Shown: piece by piece, positions 51,651 to 64,000 of the stretch
Numbering within the stretch: position 1 is the stretch's first letter
Layout: every line of letters begins with the position of its first letter
Assembly (NCBI RefSeq): GCF_009914755.1
Contig: NC_060940.1
Direction: 5' to 3' (one strand)
DNA length: 64,000 nt
DNA from: the human T2T-CHM13v2.0 reference genome, Homo sapiens
The notes under the pieces: generated by a model
Told to the model about the DNA's origin: nothing
Database searches by the model: none
What the model saw: the letters and a program-made list of their open reading frames with translations, nothing else
Program-made: the position numbers and the translations under genes

Positions 51651-52649
51651 TAATTTTTTTAATTGTTCACTCCAGTATTTTACAGTCACCTAAGTTCATG
51701 CGATTAAGGACTTGAAGTGTCTTTGGGAGTCGGGGGCGAGGGTTGGGATCCTTTCAGGCCACCTTCAATCTCTAGTCCAAACAAACTGGGGGCAGCCATT
51801 TCAGCACAACCATCACCCCAAAAAGGTCATTCTGCTTTTTTCTGCCCAACTTGTGGAACTTCTCTGAATTTTTATACATCTTCATTCATAGATGAGACTT
51901 ATGAGTGAAAGCCATTCTGATCAGCTCCATGGGTTTTATCTGATAGGCTGCATTAGGCTGCATCATAGCATGTGTACAACTTCTCCCACTCTAAAAGTAA
52001 GGCGGGACGGTGATTTTAATAAGATGAGTGAATCCAAGGGTGGGAATTAAGAAATCAGCATGGTTGAAAGCAATTATCTGGACAATTAAAAACTTCAACT
52101 GTGGTGAGGTTTTGTTAAAACACAAAGTTGATAGAAATTCGATTTGGGGAAGCTAGGTGATTTCACTTAAGGAAGGCTCATCTGTGATGGAGAGCAGCAA
52201 ATAAACCCTGAAAGGAAAACACTCAAGAGGCGTTCAAGGCGGTCCAATTCAGTTGGTCAAGATATCTGAGGAAGCACTACTAAGGAGTATCAGTTTTTTT
52301 AAATGATGAATCTGCTATATAAACATTCAGACTGCACTAGGGACTCATTCATGTAATTATTTTATAGTTTGCCTTAGCACTGAGTTTTGGAGCTGAGGTT
52401 AAATTCAGATGTGACTTCTAAAGAGAAAGGGAGAAAGCTCTATCTGGCCATTTAAAGCTGTTTCAGGTGACTTCTAAGTCAAGTACTGTCATCTTCCAAC
52501 ATACCTTCGAGTAGTTATCCAGAAGTATCTCTATTTTTAGGAGCTTTTCCTAAACCATACAACTCCCTTGAGAAAACAGCTGCTTAGGCTAGGCTTATTG
52601 TCATTCAACTGAGGCCTCCATCAACCAATGTTTATGAGTAGAGACTAGA

Positions 52650-52860
52650 GGAACTACAGCTAACATTGCTAGTTTACCAAGTGCTATGATAGGCTTTTAT
52701 TTTATTACATTTCACCAGACTGCAGGTGGATTTTTGTCCCCACAATTACAGACAAGTTGAGGCTCAGCTTAAGTAGAAGAGTTATCAATTTCCCTGATGT
52801 CACACCAACTCAAGAGGCAAGATTGGACTTTGAGCCGGGCTCCAGCACCAAACCTTTAGA
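52650..52860 (-). mobile_element. MIR SINE (degenerate)
   Basis: acagctaacatt...ttacagacaagttgaggctcag...tgtcacac. Confidence 0.55.
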
Positions 52861-54093
52861 TCTCCTGGGGTGATACAAAGCAGTCCAAACCAGGGTTCCA
52901 GGCTTTGATGACTAACAACCAGGCTGTGAAAAGAAATACGGTAAACACTACATAACATGAGATGTAAATCACACTTTAAGGCACAATACATGTCAAAGCA
53001 CTTTGCATCCACTTTGAAACCAAACACCACCACTCACTGGAAACAACAGTCTTCCAGTAAATCTATCTTACTTAAAAGAAAAGGTTGAATAAGTAAACAA
53101 ATGCCAACAAGCATTGTTTGGCTAATGCAGGGAGGTGGTCTTAGCAATCGCCTAGCCTCTAAAATGTTGCCAATTGTTTTATCAAGAAGAAACGTAAGTC
53201 TCTTTCTAGCACCATCTTGGGTAAGTATTGCCATGGGAAAGCCTGGGTATGCCACTTTTTATAGCGGTTGCATGGCTACTGTAAAGTGTGCAGAGAGGAA
53301 TTCGTGTAAGCAGCTGCCAACCACACCCTAAGCCCAGGCAGCTATCTCACTTTATGAACTACTGGTCATGACAAGAAGTGTGAATGGTGGATAAACCATC
53401 ACCGTTCAGACAACGCAAAAGAAGTTTTCCCAATTGTGGGCGGAGGTAGATGTAGGGTTCAGGAAATTATATATAGGTCTACTCTTGCCACCTAGGAAGA
53501 TAAATGACAGGGATTCATACACATATGCTTACTTAAATGTTATTCTTCAACAGACTGGTTAATCAAATGCTCCTGTTCAGCAAATAATAATGAGGCACAC
53601 ACATTCCAAGTGTAAGGAGGGAATGAGTTATTTACCCTTCATCCTTCTAAACATGTCCTAAGTGCTGTGGCCAGAAAGCAAAGGAGAGAAACAAGGGTAG
53701 ACTCCCAGCCACTCTGGTAAAACCTTCCAAATCACCAATGCAACCTGCACCTTCATTCACCAGTCCCCCCCATCAAAGGACAAGGTTGCGCAGGGGGCAA
53801 CCCCTTGCAGGACTCCAGCAATTAAGAAACAAAGCAGAAATCCTCCGTGGAATTCAGGAAGGCACCTGGGTAAAGCTGTTTGAGAGCCCGGAATTCCAGT
53901 CACACCCTAGGGCAGAGTGCCCAGGGGCCAAAGGGCTGTGTCCGGCTTGGTGCACTTGGGCCAGGTGATTTACTGTCCTCACCCCTTGATTTTCAGGGAA
54001 TTGGGGAAAAAGAGTTCAGGCTGTGAACTGCCTTTCTGCTCATTTTTCTCTGCTACAACGTCAGAGGTTACCAAAGTCTGTAAGGGCACAGAA

Positions 54094-54096
<3 letters not shown>

Positions 54097-54128
<32 letters not shown>
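54097..54128. repeat. Poly(A)32 tract not attached to a retroelement
   Basis: 32 consecutive A between unique flanks. Confidence 0.97.
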
Positions 54129-54130
<2 letters not shown>

Positions 54131-54257
54131 TTTCCCGCTGCAGATGTGGAAGGCTGGGCCCTCGAGTCCTGCCTGAGTGGGCCATCATCAGAAGCCCTTC
54201 TCCTTTTGTTCCATTTGCTAGGCCTTCCTCGAAAGAACTGAATGAGATAGACAGGAA

Positions 54258-54287
54258 GGGGAGGGGGTGGGCCAGGGTGGGGGAGGG
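54258..54287 (+). other. G-quadruplex-forming motif
   Basis: GGGG-A-GGGGG-T-GGG-CCA-GGG-T-GGGGG-A-GGG: six G-tracts with 1-3 nt loops. Confidence 0.75.
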
Positions 54288-57200
54288 AAGGCTGGCTGGT
54301 GCAAGAATATATTTTCTATGTCTGGATAAGAGAACAGGATTCTAGGTAATTGCCTGGTTTTCTCATTGTTCTCGGCTGCCATGCCGAGATTCATAGAGGG
54401 GCTGAAAGGATCTCTTTTTTTTTTTCTTTCCCCTCTAATTCTTCACTCCCCCAACACACACACACCCTCCAAATCACCGATCCCCCCCCCTTAATCCTTT
54501 TCCCTCCCCCCTCTATGGTGCTTATTCCATCCTAGGGAAAAAAAAAAGTAATTTGTCTGTTTTATTTATGATGCAATGAAGGTATGCTGCTCTCGTCGGG
54601 ATAGCCTGACACTGGTCAAACTATCTGACAGCCGAGAAGAACTGCCTTCATACTCCAATGAGTGTATATTTTAACCATTTGTCCGCCAAACCACACCACG
54701 AGGTTTTGTCAGGATTCACAACATGCTCTCTTTTGTTGTTTAAGTCTATTTTGTTGCATCCCAGTTAAAATCAGAACATGAAGTGTGTGCATGGACTATT
54801 GGGTCTTGCATTTGCACCCTAAAATACAGAGATACTATACGTCATCTGGCAAAAATGAAGATTGTCTGAATATTCTGGGGGAAGACAGACCACTGGGGAT
54901 GGTCTTAGAACTACTCTGAATTCAGGAACCTAGAACAGTCATGCTGCAAGTCTTAAATCAAGACACCCCATTTAGTTATCACGTCCATAAAGTGGGATTA
55001 GCGCAAATGAAACTGAAATTCCCAGCTCTTCCTCCCAGAATTAAAAATAAAAGCACAGGTCAAAGAGCTAGCGTAGTCCTGTTATGAACAAGATTAGAAA
55101 AAAGCACATGTCTAAGTAAAAAGTCCCCAAGCATATAAAGACTTGTTTCTCAGATGGGACCAAAGTTGCTAAGTAGTTGATATTCCATCTTCTAAGTTTT
55201 AATCAGAAAGTTGTACCCACCATTTGCAAAATGGGACTTTTAAGAAAGAATCTGAGGGCAACAAACGCAATAGCCAAAGAGACCGTGGTTTTGTATGTAT
55301 TCCTTCTCGATTCTCATTGCACTGTCCTCACCGGGTCCCATGATCTACCTGCCAAATGTATACTCACTTGTATACACTCTGAAGGCTATTCACCTTTACT
55401 TTCAACCACAAACTCTCAATTCCAGAGGGCCTGCCTCACATTCTCTCTCTCCCTCCCTCCCGTTGCCTTGCCACCAGCAATTTAATTCTCCTTTGCAGAC
55501 ATAAAAGGACACACTGGGTTTTAACAATTATACTTTTGATTTTCTCATAAAAAAACAATGCTCAGAATTAGGCCCCAGACAATCTGTTCTTGTCCTGCAA
55601 AGGCCTGTGAGGCAAGATTTCCAGAAGAACCAATGGGATTTCTGCTGACTGAAAATATTTTTAATAAACTACAAAAGAAAAGTGCTAAAAAAAGAAAAAA
55701 AAACTCACAACAGGTTCAGAAATGTAATGTAATGCACACAGCATGAAGCAGAAACAAAGACCCAGCAGACAGAGAGTGTGATGAATGGTCCTAACCATAT
55801 TGTATTTATTTATTTTTTAAAAATCTGCATTTGCCTTTCATCTGCAAATGAAAGGAATAGGGAGAAAGTGAGTAGGCATTCCAAGGAATTTCTTCGGTGT
55901 AATAAGAGCAAACACAAATATTATAAACTCGGGCAGAATTAAAGTCTAGCAGCAACAAAGATATAGAATGGCTGAAAAAATCAGAGCTCCCACTGTGTTT
56001 TTTTGCACTCAGCTGTGGAAGGTGGCAAGAAAACCCAGTACAACGCAGACTCAAGACAGAGCAGTGACCACAGTGCTGGATGCTTCTGCTTTTCCCATCA
56101 AATGTGAAAGTTAGTTAAATTGAATTTTCATGAGATGGCAGGGAAAAAAAATTTAGAAATATTTATGAAATGCTTTTTCATAATGTAAAGGTATACTTAA
56201 AATTCTCAACAGTTCTTTTTAAAAATTAACGTGGTAAGATCACTCAATAACACACACATATACGAGCTGGAAGATTCTGTAAATTTTCAAGCCATGTAAA
56301 AGCCACCCACCCACTCCTCTGTACCCATTGTTCCCAAGGTGTCAGGAGGCACTGGGTGAACCCTGCTGTATTATTTCATAGTATGCATGGTACACTTGAT
56401 AGGCCATAAAAGTTAACATATTTTGGCAAGGGTATTAATTTATAAATAGTTGATTAAGTGTACTTCATTAGCCATGGAAGGAACTAAGCATATTTTTTGG
56501 TAGAAAAGGGTGTTATGCATTATATATGTGCATGCACACATCCCTTCATATAGATACACAGAGTACACCATTTTCATCAGTTGTATCAATATTCATAACA
56601 AAATGCACATGAATTTCTCAGGTTGGAAGTCATCCATTTTTAGTGAAAAATAACCAGTTTAACTTGATAACTCTTTAAATATCTAGAAAACTTAATACTT
56701 TACACATTTGTTATATTTAATTTTTCATATTCAACGAGTTTTAAGCAGTGTTCATTTCAAACAAAAGGATATGGCACAAATAACTTTTTAAGATTCGTTT
56801 AGATTAAAGGGCAAAGGCAATGTTTAACTGTTAATGCCAGCACAGGAAAACATACCCCTCAAAGATAAGCTAGCTTGGTGTATATAAACATTTTATAATT
56901 ATTCTATAGTTCTGGAAAAGAGTTATATGTTGGGCTTGGCAATGATGATAGGACCATGTCAACATCAAGATCAAGAATAGGCTAGTTGATCATAATAAAC
57001 TTGATAAAATGAAATTCTTTCTTAATAGTCGACACTAACAGCCATGATTATATGTGCAATATCCACATAACATAGAATGGGTCATTTGGTTAAAATAAAC
57101 TTGCTTATATGAAAATTCATGGCTGCAAAAATAAACATCTGGACAGTAATATATGCAGTTCTGACTCTCCCTATGTTTTAAATTTTGAAAGGTTTATAAT

Positions 57201-57299
57201 TTATATTTTCAAAATAGTTTCAGAATGGGCTAACAAGATAGATCACATCACTCTATGTAACCTGATTAAATTTCACGTTGGAAACTGACAGAGGCCTCT

Positions 57300-57430
57300 C
57301 TATGATCCTTCCTTACAGTAATTGTCCTGCCGTTTTGCGGCTCCTGCTCCACCTGGCTCAACCGCAGCCGTCATAAATCGCAGACTACAAAGCTGCATGA
57401 TTTGAGAGCCAGCGCCAAAAACGCAAGTTT
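57300..57430. promoter_or_regulatory. Candidate enhancer core
   Basis: 7 CpGs in ~100 bp of non-repeat DNA; CACCTG, AACCGCA (RUNX), GTCATAAA (HOX/CDX), GCGCCAAA (E2F). Confidence 0.45.
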
Positions 57431-57573
57431 CAAAAATTGAACCACTCACAGTTCCTCCTCTTCATTTTGAGACAATAAATTTTGTGCTCACATTATCTTG
57501 TTATATAATTGCCCGTTAATAAAAACTAGGTAGTGAGAGCCAAATAAATAAATGGCATTTCACAAAATCATCT

Positions 57574-57592
57574 ACACACACACACTCTCTCT

Positions 57593-57630
<38 letters not shown>
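57574..57630. repeat. Compound (CA)n/(CT)n/(CA)n microsatellite
   Basis: acacacacacac tctctctc aa (ac)n. Confidence 0.95.
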
Positions 57631-60600
57631 TTTTCTAACTGCTTTGAAAAAGAAATGGAGAAAATGCTTGCAAGTAAATAGGCAGGCAGGCAGCAAAAGA
57701 AATTCTCAAAGGTATTTCCAAACTTGCATTCACAACGTGAAAATTGGTGTGAGCTCCAGATTCCTGGAATATTCCCAAGACATAAGTTTTGGAGTATTAT
57801 CCCCTTATATTAGTTACTGTATTTTTAAAGAGTTATTTTACACATTTCTTTTTTGTTGTTGTTGATTTTCAATAAACAAAAAACTCTTAATTTTTTTGGG
57901 GGGGTTATGAATTTCTGCATCAGGAAGGTGATTTGTTTTGCCCATTGAAGCTGATGTATTGAAATGAGCTTTTGCAACTTGATCACTTTTCTCGTGCACC
58001 CTTAGAAGAAGCCTTAACAATATCTCTAAGCACTTTTTCCAGGGTCTGCAGAAAGTGGGACGTCTCCTTTAAAGTCCTGGAAAACCACGATTGAACTGTT
58101 TGGGAATTCTGTTGTCGCGTATTTATCTGTGCCTCTGTTATAGGCGTTTCAGCGCCTCTTCTTGAAAAGGTCCGATTCTCCTCTGGACTACTGGCCTCTA
58201 TTTAATTCATTCCTCTCTCAGACAGAGACGTACATCAAACAGGAGAGAAATATGACTGGAATAAATACCTATTTTCTCTCCCTTTTCAGATTAAATATCT
58301 CCAGCCACAGATAGAAACCTCCTTAAACTGAAATTAATTTCTGTATTTAAGAAAATACATCAGGTGGTATGTTTTACTTTCATTGCATTTCTGGTGCAAT
58401 TGGCAAACCCTCAAATTCTTACTATAAATGCATTTTTAATCTACAACCCAGCCTGAGGTTTCTCTTATTCTCCCGATTATCATTTCCCTCTGTGTTTGGG
58501 ACCTTGTTTGTTATCTCTCTTGCTCAATGCTTATTCAAAAATGCCTTCAATCTTAAAAAACTGGTAAGACAATATATAAAAGGCTGACAGGAAAACACAC
58601 ACATAGAGCTATACACAATCTATAATTTTCTAATATTAGAAGATTTTTTCCTCATAGTCTCATCCAAAAGAAAACGAATTATTTACATTCACAGCTTAAA
58701 AAATAATTATACATACTTGTTCTCTACGCTCAAATGCTGCTGGGGACTGGGTGTATTTTATAGAGGTACACTGCCCTCTGCAGGGAAAAACAGCTTTTTG
58801 ACAACTCTTTGGGGCAACCTCAAAAAAACAGTATCGCTCTGGGGCTGAAAATATAAACAAATAGTTTCTTAAATGGGTTTGCTTATAAGCAATTAAACTG
58901 TATTTATGCACCTTAAAATATACTTGCTCACACTCTTATTTTTCTTACGTGTTGGCTTATCCCATTATACTTCTAGAAACACAATAGGAAAAGGGCAACG
59001 TTCTTTATCACAAGCTGAGCGACAATACTGAATGGAACACAGAATTGCTCCAGCTTCATTTCTTCTCCAAATTACAGTAGACTCGAAAAAATTTAATAGT
59101 CATTCAAGTGCCTTGGGAACGGTGTGCAATAGGGCCCTGAATTTTTCAAGGAACCTCTCTAGATTTCTGCTCTGGGTTTGGGCTGTGGGTGGTAGAATTT
59201 CAGGATTCTTAAATCCCCAGGAAATTGCTTTGTGGTTCTTGTATTTTCACTTCAATACTTGGGAAAATGAAATGAGCTGATATTGATAAAGCCTCATTGT
59301 ATGTATTTTGAACAATAAATTAAGATGCTAATCAAGAGAAAGTTTGACGACCCAGTCGTAACTACTCAAAACTTAAGTGTTGTGGTGGAAATTAGCAATA
59401 GTTAGGAGCTACTGAGTTAAGTTCATCGAGGCTTTCATTCCAGATTGGGTCTACCTGTCTTTGCCAAATACCTGAAAACCTTTTCCAGCAATTAAATGAG
59501 AAGGGTTATCTTTTTTTTTTTTTTAAGGAATTTTTTTAAGGTTGTCATGGAGTAGATTCTGTAAATACAAAATGGGTGAAAAGATATCACCATTTAGTGG
59601 CATTTCCCAATTCCCAATAAAGTCTTAAGGGGTAATTCCTTCCACTGAAAAAGAAAATTGTGACTTCTGCCTTCATTGTTCCACCTCCTTTCCACCACAG
59701 AGCTGTGCCGTCCCCACAAGAGCACACTTCCTTCTTCCAGTCTCTAAATGTGACCAGCAGGGGGGCTGATGAAGTGCTCATTTTTTACATCAGTCTTATA
59801 AATTGCTTTCCCCATTAATTGTGTCCATGGAAACAATACATTTGGCTGGTAAAGGACTCCTGAATAAAATTTAATGGGATTCTCAAAAAAAAAAAAAAAT
59901 TGCAGGCTGGGGGGACATGCTATGGCTGGCCATTCTAGCAATCTAAGTTTTAGCCCAGTGCAGGACTAATTTCTTGTCTTCAAAAACTGTAATAAACTGA
60001 ATCCAAATTAAACTGAAGACTAAAAATGTTCTTTTACTATCTGGAAAAGAAATTTAAAGAAAAGGGCAAATAAAAATTACACAGCAGTTCTGGAAAAAAA
60101 AAAAAGAAAAAGAAAATAGCACTGAAAAAAAAAAAAAGAATTCCCAATACCTCCTAGCAAAGAACAATCGTCAGTGCTCGCCATTCAGGCAATGTTTAGT
60201 ACCCAAGTCCTGGTAATATAAGCATGGTTTGTTCAGGATAATTGATCAGATGTCCTAAGCAATCCTCAGGCACTTACAGTATTCTAAGAACACCCCTGCG
60301 ATCTCCTCCCTGTTCTCCCCTAAGTGGATATTCTACAGGGTCACACACATTCTCTCTCTGTGGCTTTTTTATTCTCACCTCTCCCTCAGTGCTTGTAATC
60401 CTTAGGGCAGTTTTGGTTTTAATTTTTTTTCCTTAGCAGGAAAAGTGTCTGTATTATAGGATCTTAAGCCAAGCCAGCATATACCCATATTTAATTTGGA
60501 AAATGTGTGGGTAAATACCACTCGTTATGGGATTAGTCAACAGCTGCAAATCTACCACTGTGAAAAGCCGATTTGTTGTTGTTGTTTCTTTTTAAGTGTC

Positions 60601-61248
60601 ATTTCTTTACATTAAAAAAAAAATCATTCAAACTCCTTGGATGTTTCTCTTAGAATTAAACTGATATGATCTAGATGAAGAAAGATTTAACTTTAAATAG
60701 AATAATAATGCATGGATTTCAAATTACCTGTCTTTTTCTATGCCTCAGATCATTTCTGCCTCTGGGTAAATAGGTTAAATTTTTTAAATATATAAAAATT
60801 CTATTTCAACATTTCCTTTTATGCAAATTATCCTTTCCCCAAAACCAAACAATGATCTCACTCTGTGAAGCCTTTCTGCACACATGATCTGAAAAAAGGT
60901 TTGTTACTGCTGTGTTCAATGTTAAAGGCTGTTTTCCTCCAACCAGAACGCAAGGTTAGCCTGTGAGAAAGGATATGGGTGCTGGTTCTTGAGTGTATCC
61001 CTGGCCAACTTCTCTGTCCCTTTCTCTTTAGGAAAAGGTCACATGCAAATGAAATTCAGGATATGTAAATCTGGCAAGAACCAGGGATACAAAAGGCCCT
61101 GCATGATAGAATATCCAAGCAGCTGAGACCCAAGACACAGTGTCTGAAAGCCAATTCTCTTAAATAGCATGGTGGCCTGGTCCTGTTATCCACCTGATTT
61201 GATTAACCCTAGTGGGTTTTTTGTTTGTTTTTGCTGTCATCCAAAATT

Positions 61249-61554
61249 CTTTTTTTTTTCTTTTTGAGAAAGAGTCTTGGTCTGTCACCCAGGCTGGAGT
61301 GCAGTGGTGCAATCTCAGCTCACTGAAGCCTCCGCCTCATGGATTCAAGTGATCCTCCTGCCTCAGCCTCCTGAGCAGCTGGGATTACAGGTACCTGCCA
61401 GCACACACCCAGCTAACTTTCTTTTTTATTTCTTAGTAGAGATGGAGTTTTGCCATGTTAGCCAAGCCAGTCTCAAACTCTGGACCTCAAGTGATCCACC
61501 CACCTCGACCTTCCAAAGTACTGGGATTACAGGTGTGAGCCACCGCATCCGGCC
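61249..61554 (-). mobile_element. Alu (J/Sx-like) SINE
   Basis: Antisense dimer; TSD AAAATTCTT. Confidence 0.95.
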
Positions 61555-61669
61555 AAAAATTCTTAATAGAAGGATTCGTTTTCTGAGCCATCAACAATGA
61601 TTCAACTGCAACCAAATAGATATTTCTTCTCCACGATCATAGATACATTTATAAATTTATCTAAAGCAA

Positions 61670-62270
61670 AAATATATCAAGGACCTTGAAAATGTTTGTT
61701 CCTTTAACCTAGTATTTCTTAAGGAATTTACCCTAAATAAATCTTTGCACAGTTGACGTATCATATGCAAAAGCATCATAGTATTAGTAATGCATAGTCT
61801 ATAAAAGCAAATTAGAAACTACATGGCTAACAATGGGTTACATAAACAATAGTACTTTCATAAGATGGAATCGTTCACAAAGCAAATAAAATTGGGTTTA
61901 CTAAAACTTTTTGCTCCAGGTGCAGTGGTTCACTCCTTTAATTCCTGTGACTTGGGAGACTGAGGCAAGAGGAGAGATTGAGCCCAGGAGTTGGAAGCAC
62001 AGTGAGCTATGATAGCACCACTGCACTTTAGCGTGCATGACACAGAAAGACCTCATCTCTAAAAATAAATTAGATATAAAACTTTGTCATGGCAAAAAAA
62101 AAAAAAAAAAAACTGCCCACAATGTGTTAGGGGAAAAAAGCAGGATTTACAAGTCATTTATATAATATACACGGAGAAGAAAGACTGAAAGGAAATGCAA
62201 ACTTTTCACAGTGATGATTTTCTTTGTACTTTTCTATACTTTCTAAATTTCCACAATGAGTATCTATTAA
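61670..62270 (+). mobile_element. L1ME-type LINE 3' fragments
   Basis: cctttaacctagtatt...aggaatttaccctaa; tactttctaaatttccacaatgagtat. Confidence 0.6.
61915..62070 (+). mobile_element. FRAM/FAM Alu monomer
   Basis: Single arm: tgagcccaggagtt...cagtgagctatgat..caccactgcact; TSD TAAAACTTT. Confidence 0.85.
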
Positions 62271-63124
62271 TCTCCTGCATTAAGAGAATCAAAATTACCA
62301 TAAATGGATATGAATATATATACTATTAGATCTTAAGACCCACCCTTAGCTTAGTCTTTTATAAACTGAAATGATCAGAATGAGCCGAGAAATATTTCCT
62401 GGAATCTGATACAAATTCATTTGGTAGATGCAATGTGGAGGAAGATTGCCTTGGGAAACTCTGTTGTTCTAAAGATGGGGCAGCCATGTAAAAATAAAAC
62501 CGAGTGCCTAAATCTAAATTTCAGCACCAGAGATACAGACATAAATGAGACACAATCCCGGCAATTCAAGAGAGACTGAAAGGTTATCAAATAATTGCTA
62601 TGTGGTGTGAGAAGTGTTGCAAAAATGACTTTCAGAAAGCAATGGTCTTCAAATTCAGGCTGTGCAGGGGTATCTCTGGAATTACAAAAACTCTTATTTT
62701 AATGTCTTCCTTTAAATAGTGCTTATTTCGGAGATGGATGTTTTAAAACATGCATACTCAAGATTATAGGTCAGTCTTAACATTTTTGAAACTTTTAATA
62801 CATTAGAGTTTACAACCCAATTAGCTTGCTTTTCTGCAGACATTGAATGAAGGTTTTTTTCATTCTTATTTAGGATAAGAAATGAAAGATTGCAAAGCAA
62901 GCTGCATAAGCAAACAAGATCCTTCAATCTGCAACTACTTATTATGAATTGGAATTCTTTCAATATGGGAATTAAAAAAAAAAAAACTAGAAAAATCAGT
63001 CACTTGCTACAGATGACCTCAAACTGCAACGGACATGCATCTCCAATTATAAATTTAAAGTTCTAAAATCAGCTTAACCTAATATATTATGACTTTTTGG
63101 CAGGAGAAATAGGTGTTATTTGGA

Positions 63125-63263
63125 TTTTTTTTTTTTTTTTTTTTTTGAGACAGAGTCTTGCTCTGTCGCCCAGGCTGGAGCGCATTGGCATGACCTTGGC
63201 TCACTGCAACCTCTGCCTCCCAGGTTCAAGCGATTCTCGTGCCTCAGTCTCCCGAGTAGCTGA
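63125..63263 (-). mobile_element. AluS right-arm fragment (5'-truncated) with long T-tail
   Basis: ttttgagacagagtcttgctctgtcgcccaggctggag...cccgagtagctg. Confidence 0.95.
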
Positions 63264-63787
63264 GGAAATAAATTTTTTGAAGTTTAAAAGTAAGTGAGGA
63301 GCAAGACACAGCAAAGACACAAGGGAAAATTTCACAGAAAAACAGCAAAGGATAAAAGCCATCACTTCACATTTGAAAACAAAGTTTTTGCTTTTCATTA
63401 TATTTGGCCTCAAGTGATTTTTATTGTGTTTTTCCCCTAATTTTCATGGCAAAGGAATTGAATAAGAAATATATGGATTAGTATTGTGTGCTAGCAATAG
63501 TCTTCTTGGTTTAGGTCATTCAAAAATCAGCTGGGAACCCTGTGGAAAATCAGCTGGGAACTCTATGTTTAGGCTGAGAAGGGAGGACTGGAAAGAGATT
63601 GTGATACAAGAATGCAAATATCCACTTATTCCACTGGCTGTCCAAAGGCAATAGACAGAAAAGCAGCCCAAGTCAGCTAGAATCTTTTTTGCACCTCTGC
63701 ATGAGACACCTTAGTAGGCTTCAGCCATTGTCCTGAGGCCACAGTGGAATCCTAGGGTACAACTCTGAAGCCTCCCCAGCTTACCTT

Positions 63788-64000
63788 CTGCATCAGTTAG
63801 GAAAATTTTGGCTTTGGGTAATAGAAAACATAATTCAAACCATATGGGCATTTATTATCACAGTGTTTTAGGCAGGGCAGCCTTCAAGTTCCTCCTCTTC
63901 CTCTTAAGGTTGCCTTCTCCCATGTGTTGACATTAGCCCAAGACTGATCACAAGATGACTACAATGGTTTCAAACACAGCATCCAGACCCAACAATGGCC
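63788..64000 (-). mobile_element. Old MLT1-type LTR running off the window end
   Basis: tgcatcagttagga..ttttggct..gtaatagaaaac; tcacaagatgact.ca...catccagac..aacaatg. Confidence 0.55.

Noticed and set aside
54097-54128. A32 as the tail of a processed pseudogene
   Set aside because: No upstream AATAAA, no TSD and no mRNA-like body; better explained as a slippage-expanded homopolymer.
53917-54345. 142-aa ORF with a poly-lysine run
   Set aside because: Non-ATG start, the poly-K is simply the A32 tract, and there is no recognisable homology.
60410-60516. + strand acceptor (TTTTTTTTCCTTAGCAG) with a 71-bp open frame to GG|GTAAAT
   Set aside because: Weak donor, unrecognisable peptide and no partner exons; T-runs followed by AG are frequent in this AT-rich block.
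62640-63030. Possible hAT-Charlie remnant (caatggtcttcaaa... terminus)
   Set aside because: Only a short TIR-like match; I could not establish a second end or a family.

Overview
Primate (human-like) non-coding genomic DNA. It carries AluJ/S/Y, L1PA/L1M, THE1/MST/MLT, ERV1 LTR, ERV-L and MER elements. I can support no protein-coding gene, tRNA/rRNA, CRISPR array or CpG island. The supplied ORFs are Alu-, L1-, LTR- or low-complexity-derived or unrecognisable. The window has two parts. (1) About 1-42.6 kb is densely and often multiply nested transposon DNA: a ~10 kb old + strand L1M with many insertions, a near full-length - strand L1MA with its GC-rich 5'UTR, and a decayed ERV-L provirus whose gag-pro-RT-IN-dUTPase order is still readable. 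(2) About 42.6-64 kb is much poorer in repeats, especially 47.2-61.2 kb, and has several CpG-retaining, motif-dense patches that look like constrained enhancers. The best-supported unusual observation is a ~185 bp insertion at 4153-4337 that appears to be a local templated copy of 8090-8273, since the two share private mutations. The window also holds target-type sites for two domesticated transposases: a MER85 palindrome (CSB-PGBD3) and an Hsmar1 solo TIR (SETMAR). I found no convincing new biological system and cannot identify the locus. Repeat family names come from recalled consensus sequences, not from a search, so subfamily calls and fuzzy boundaries need RepeatMasker/Dfam confirmation.
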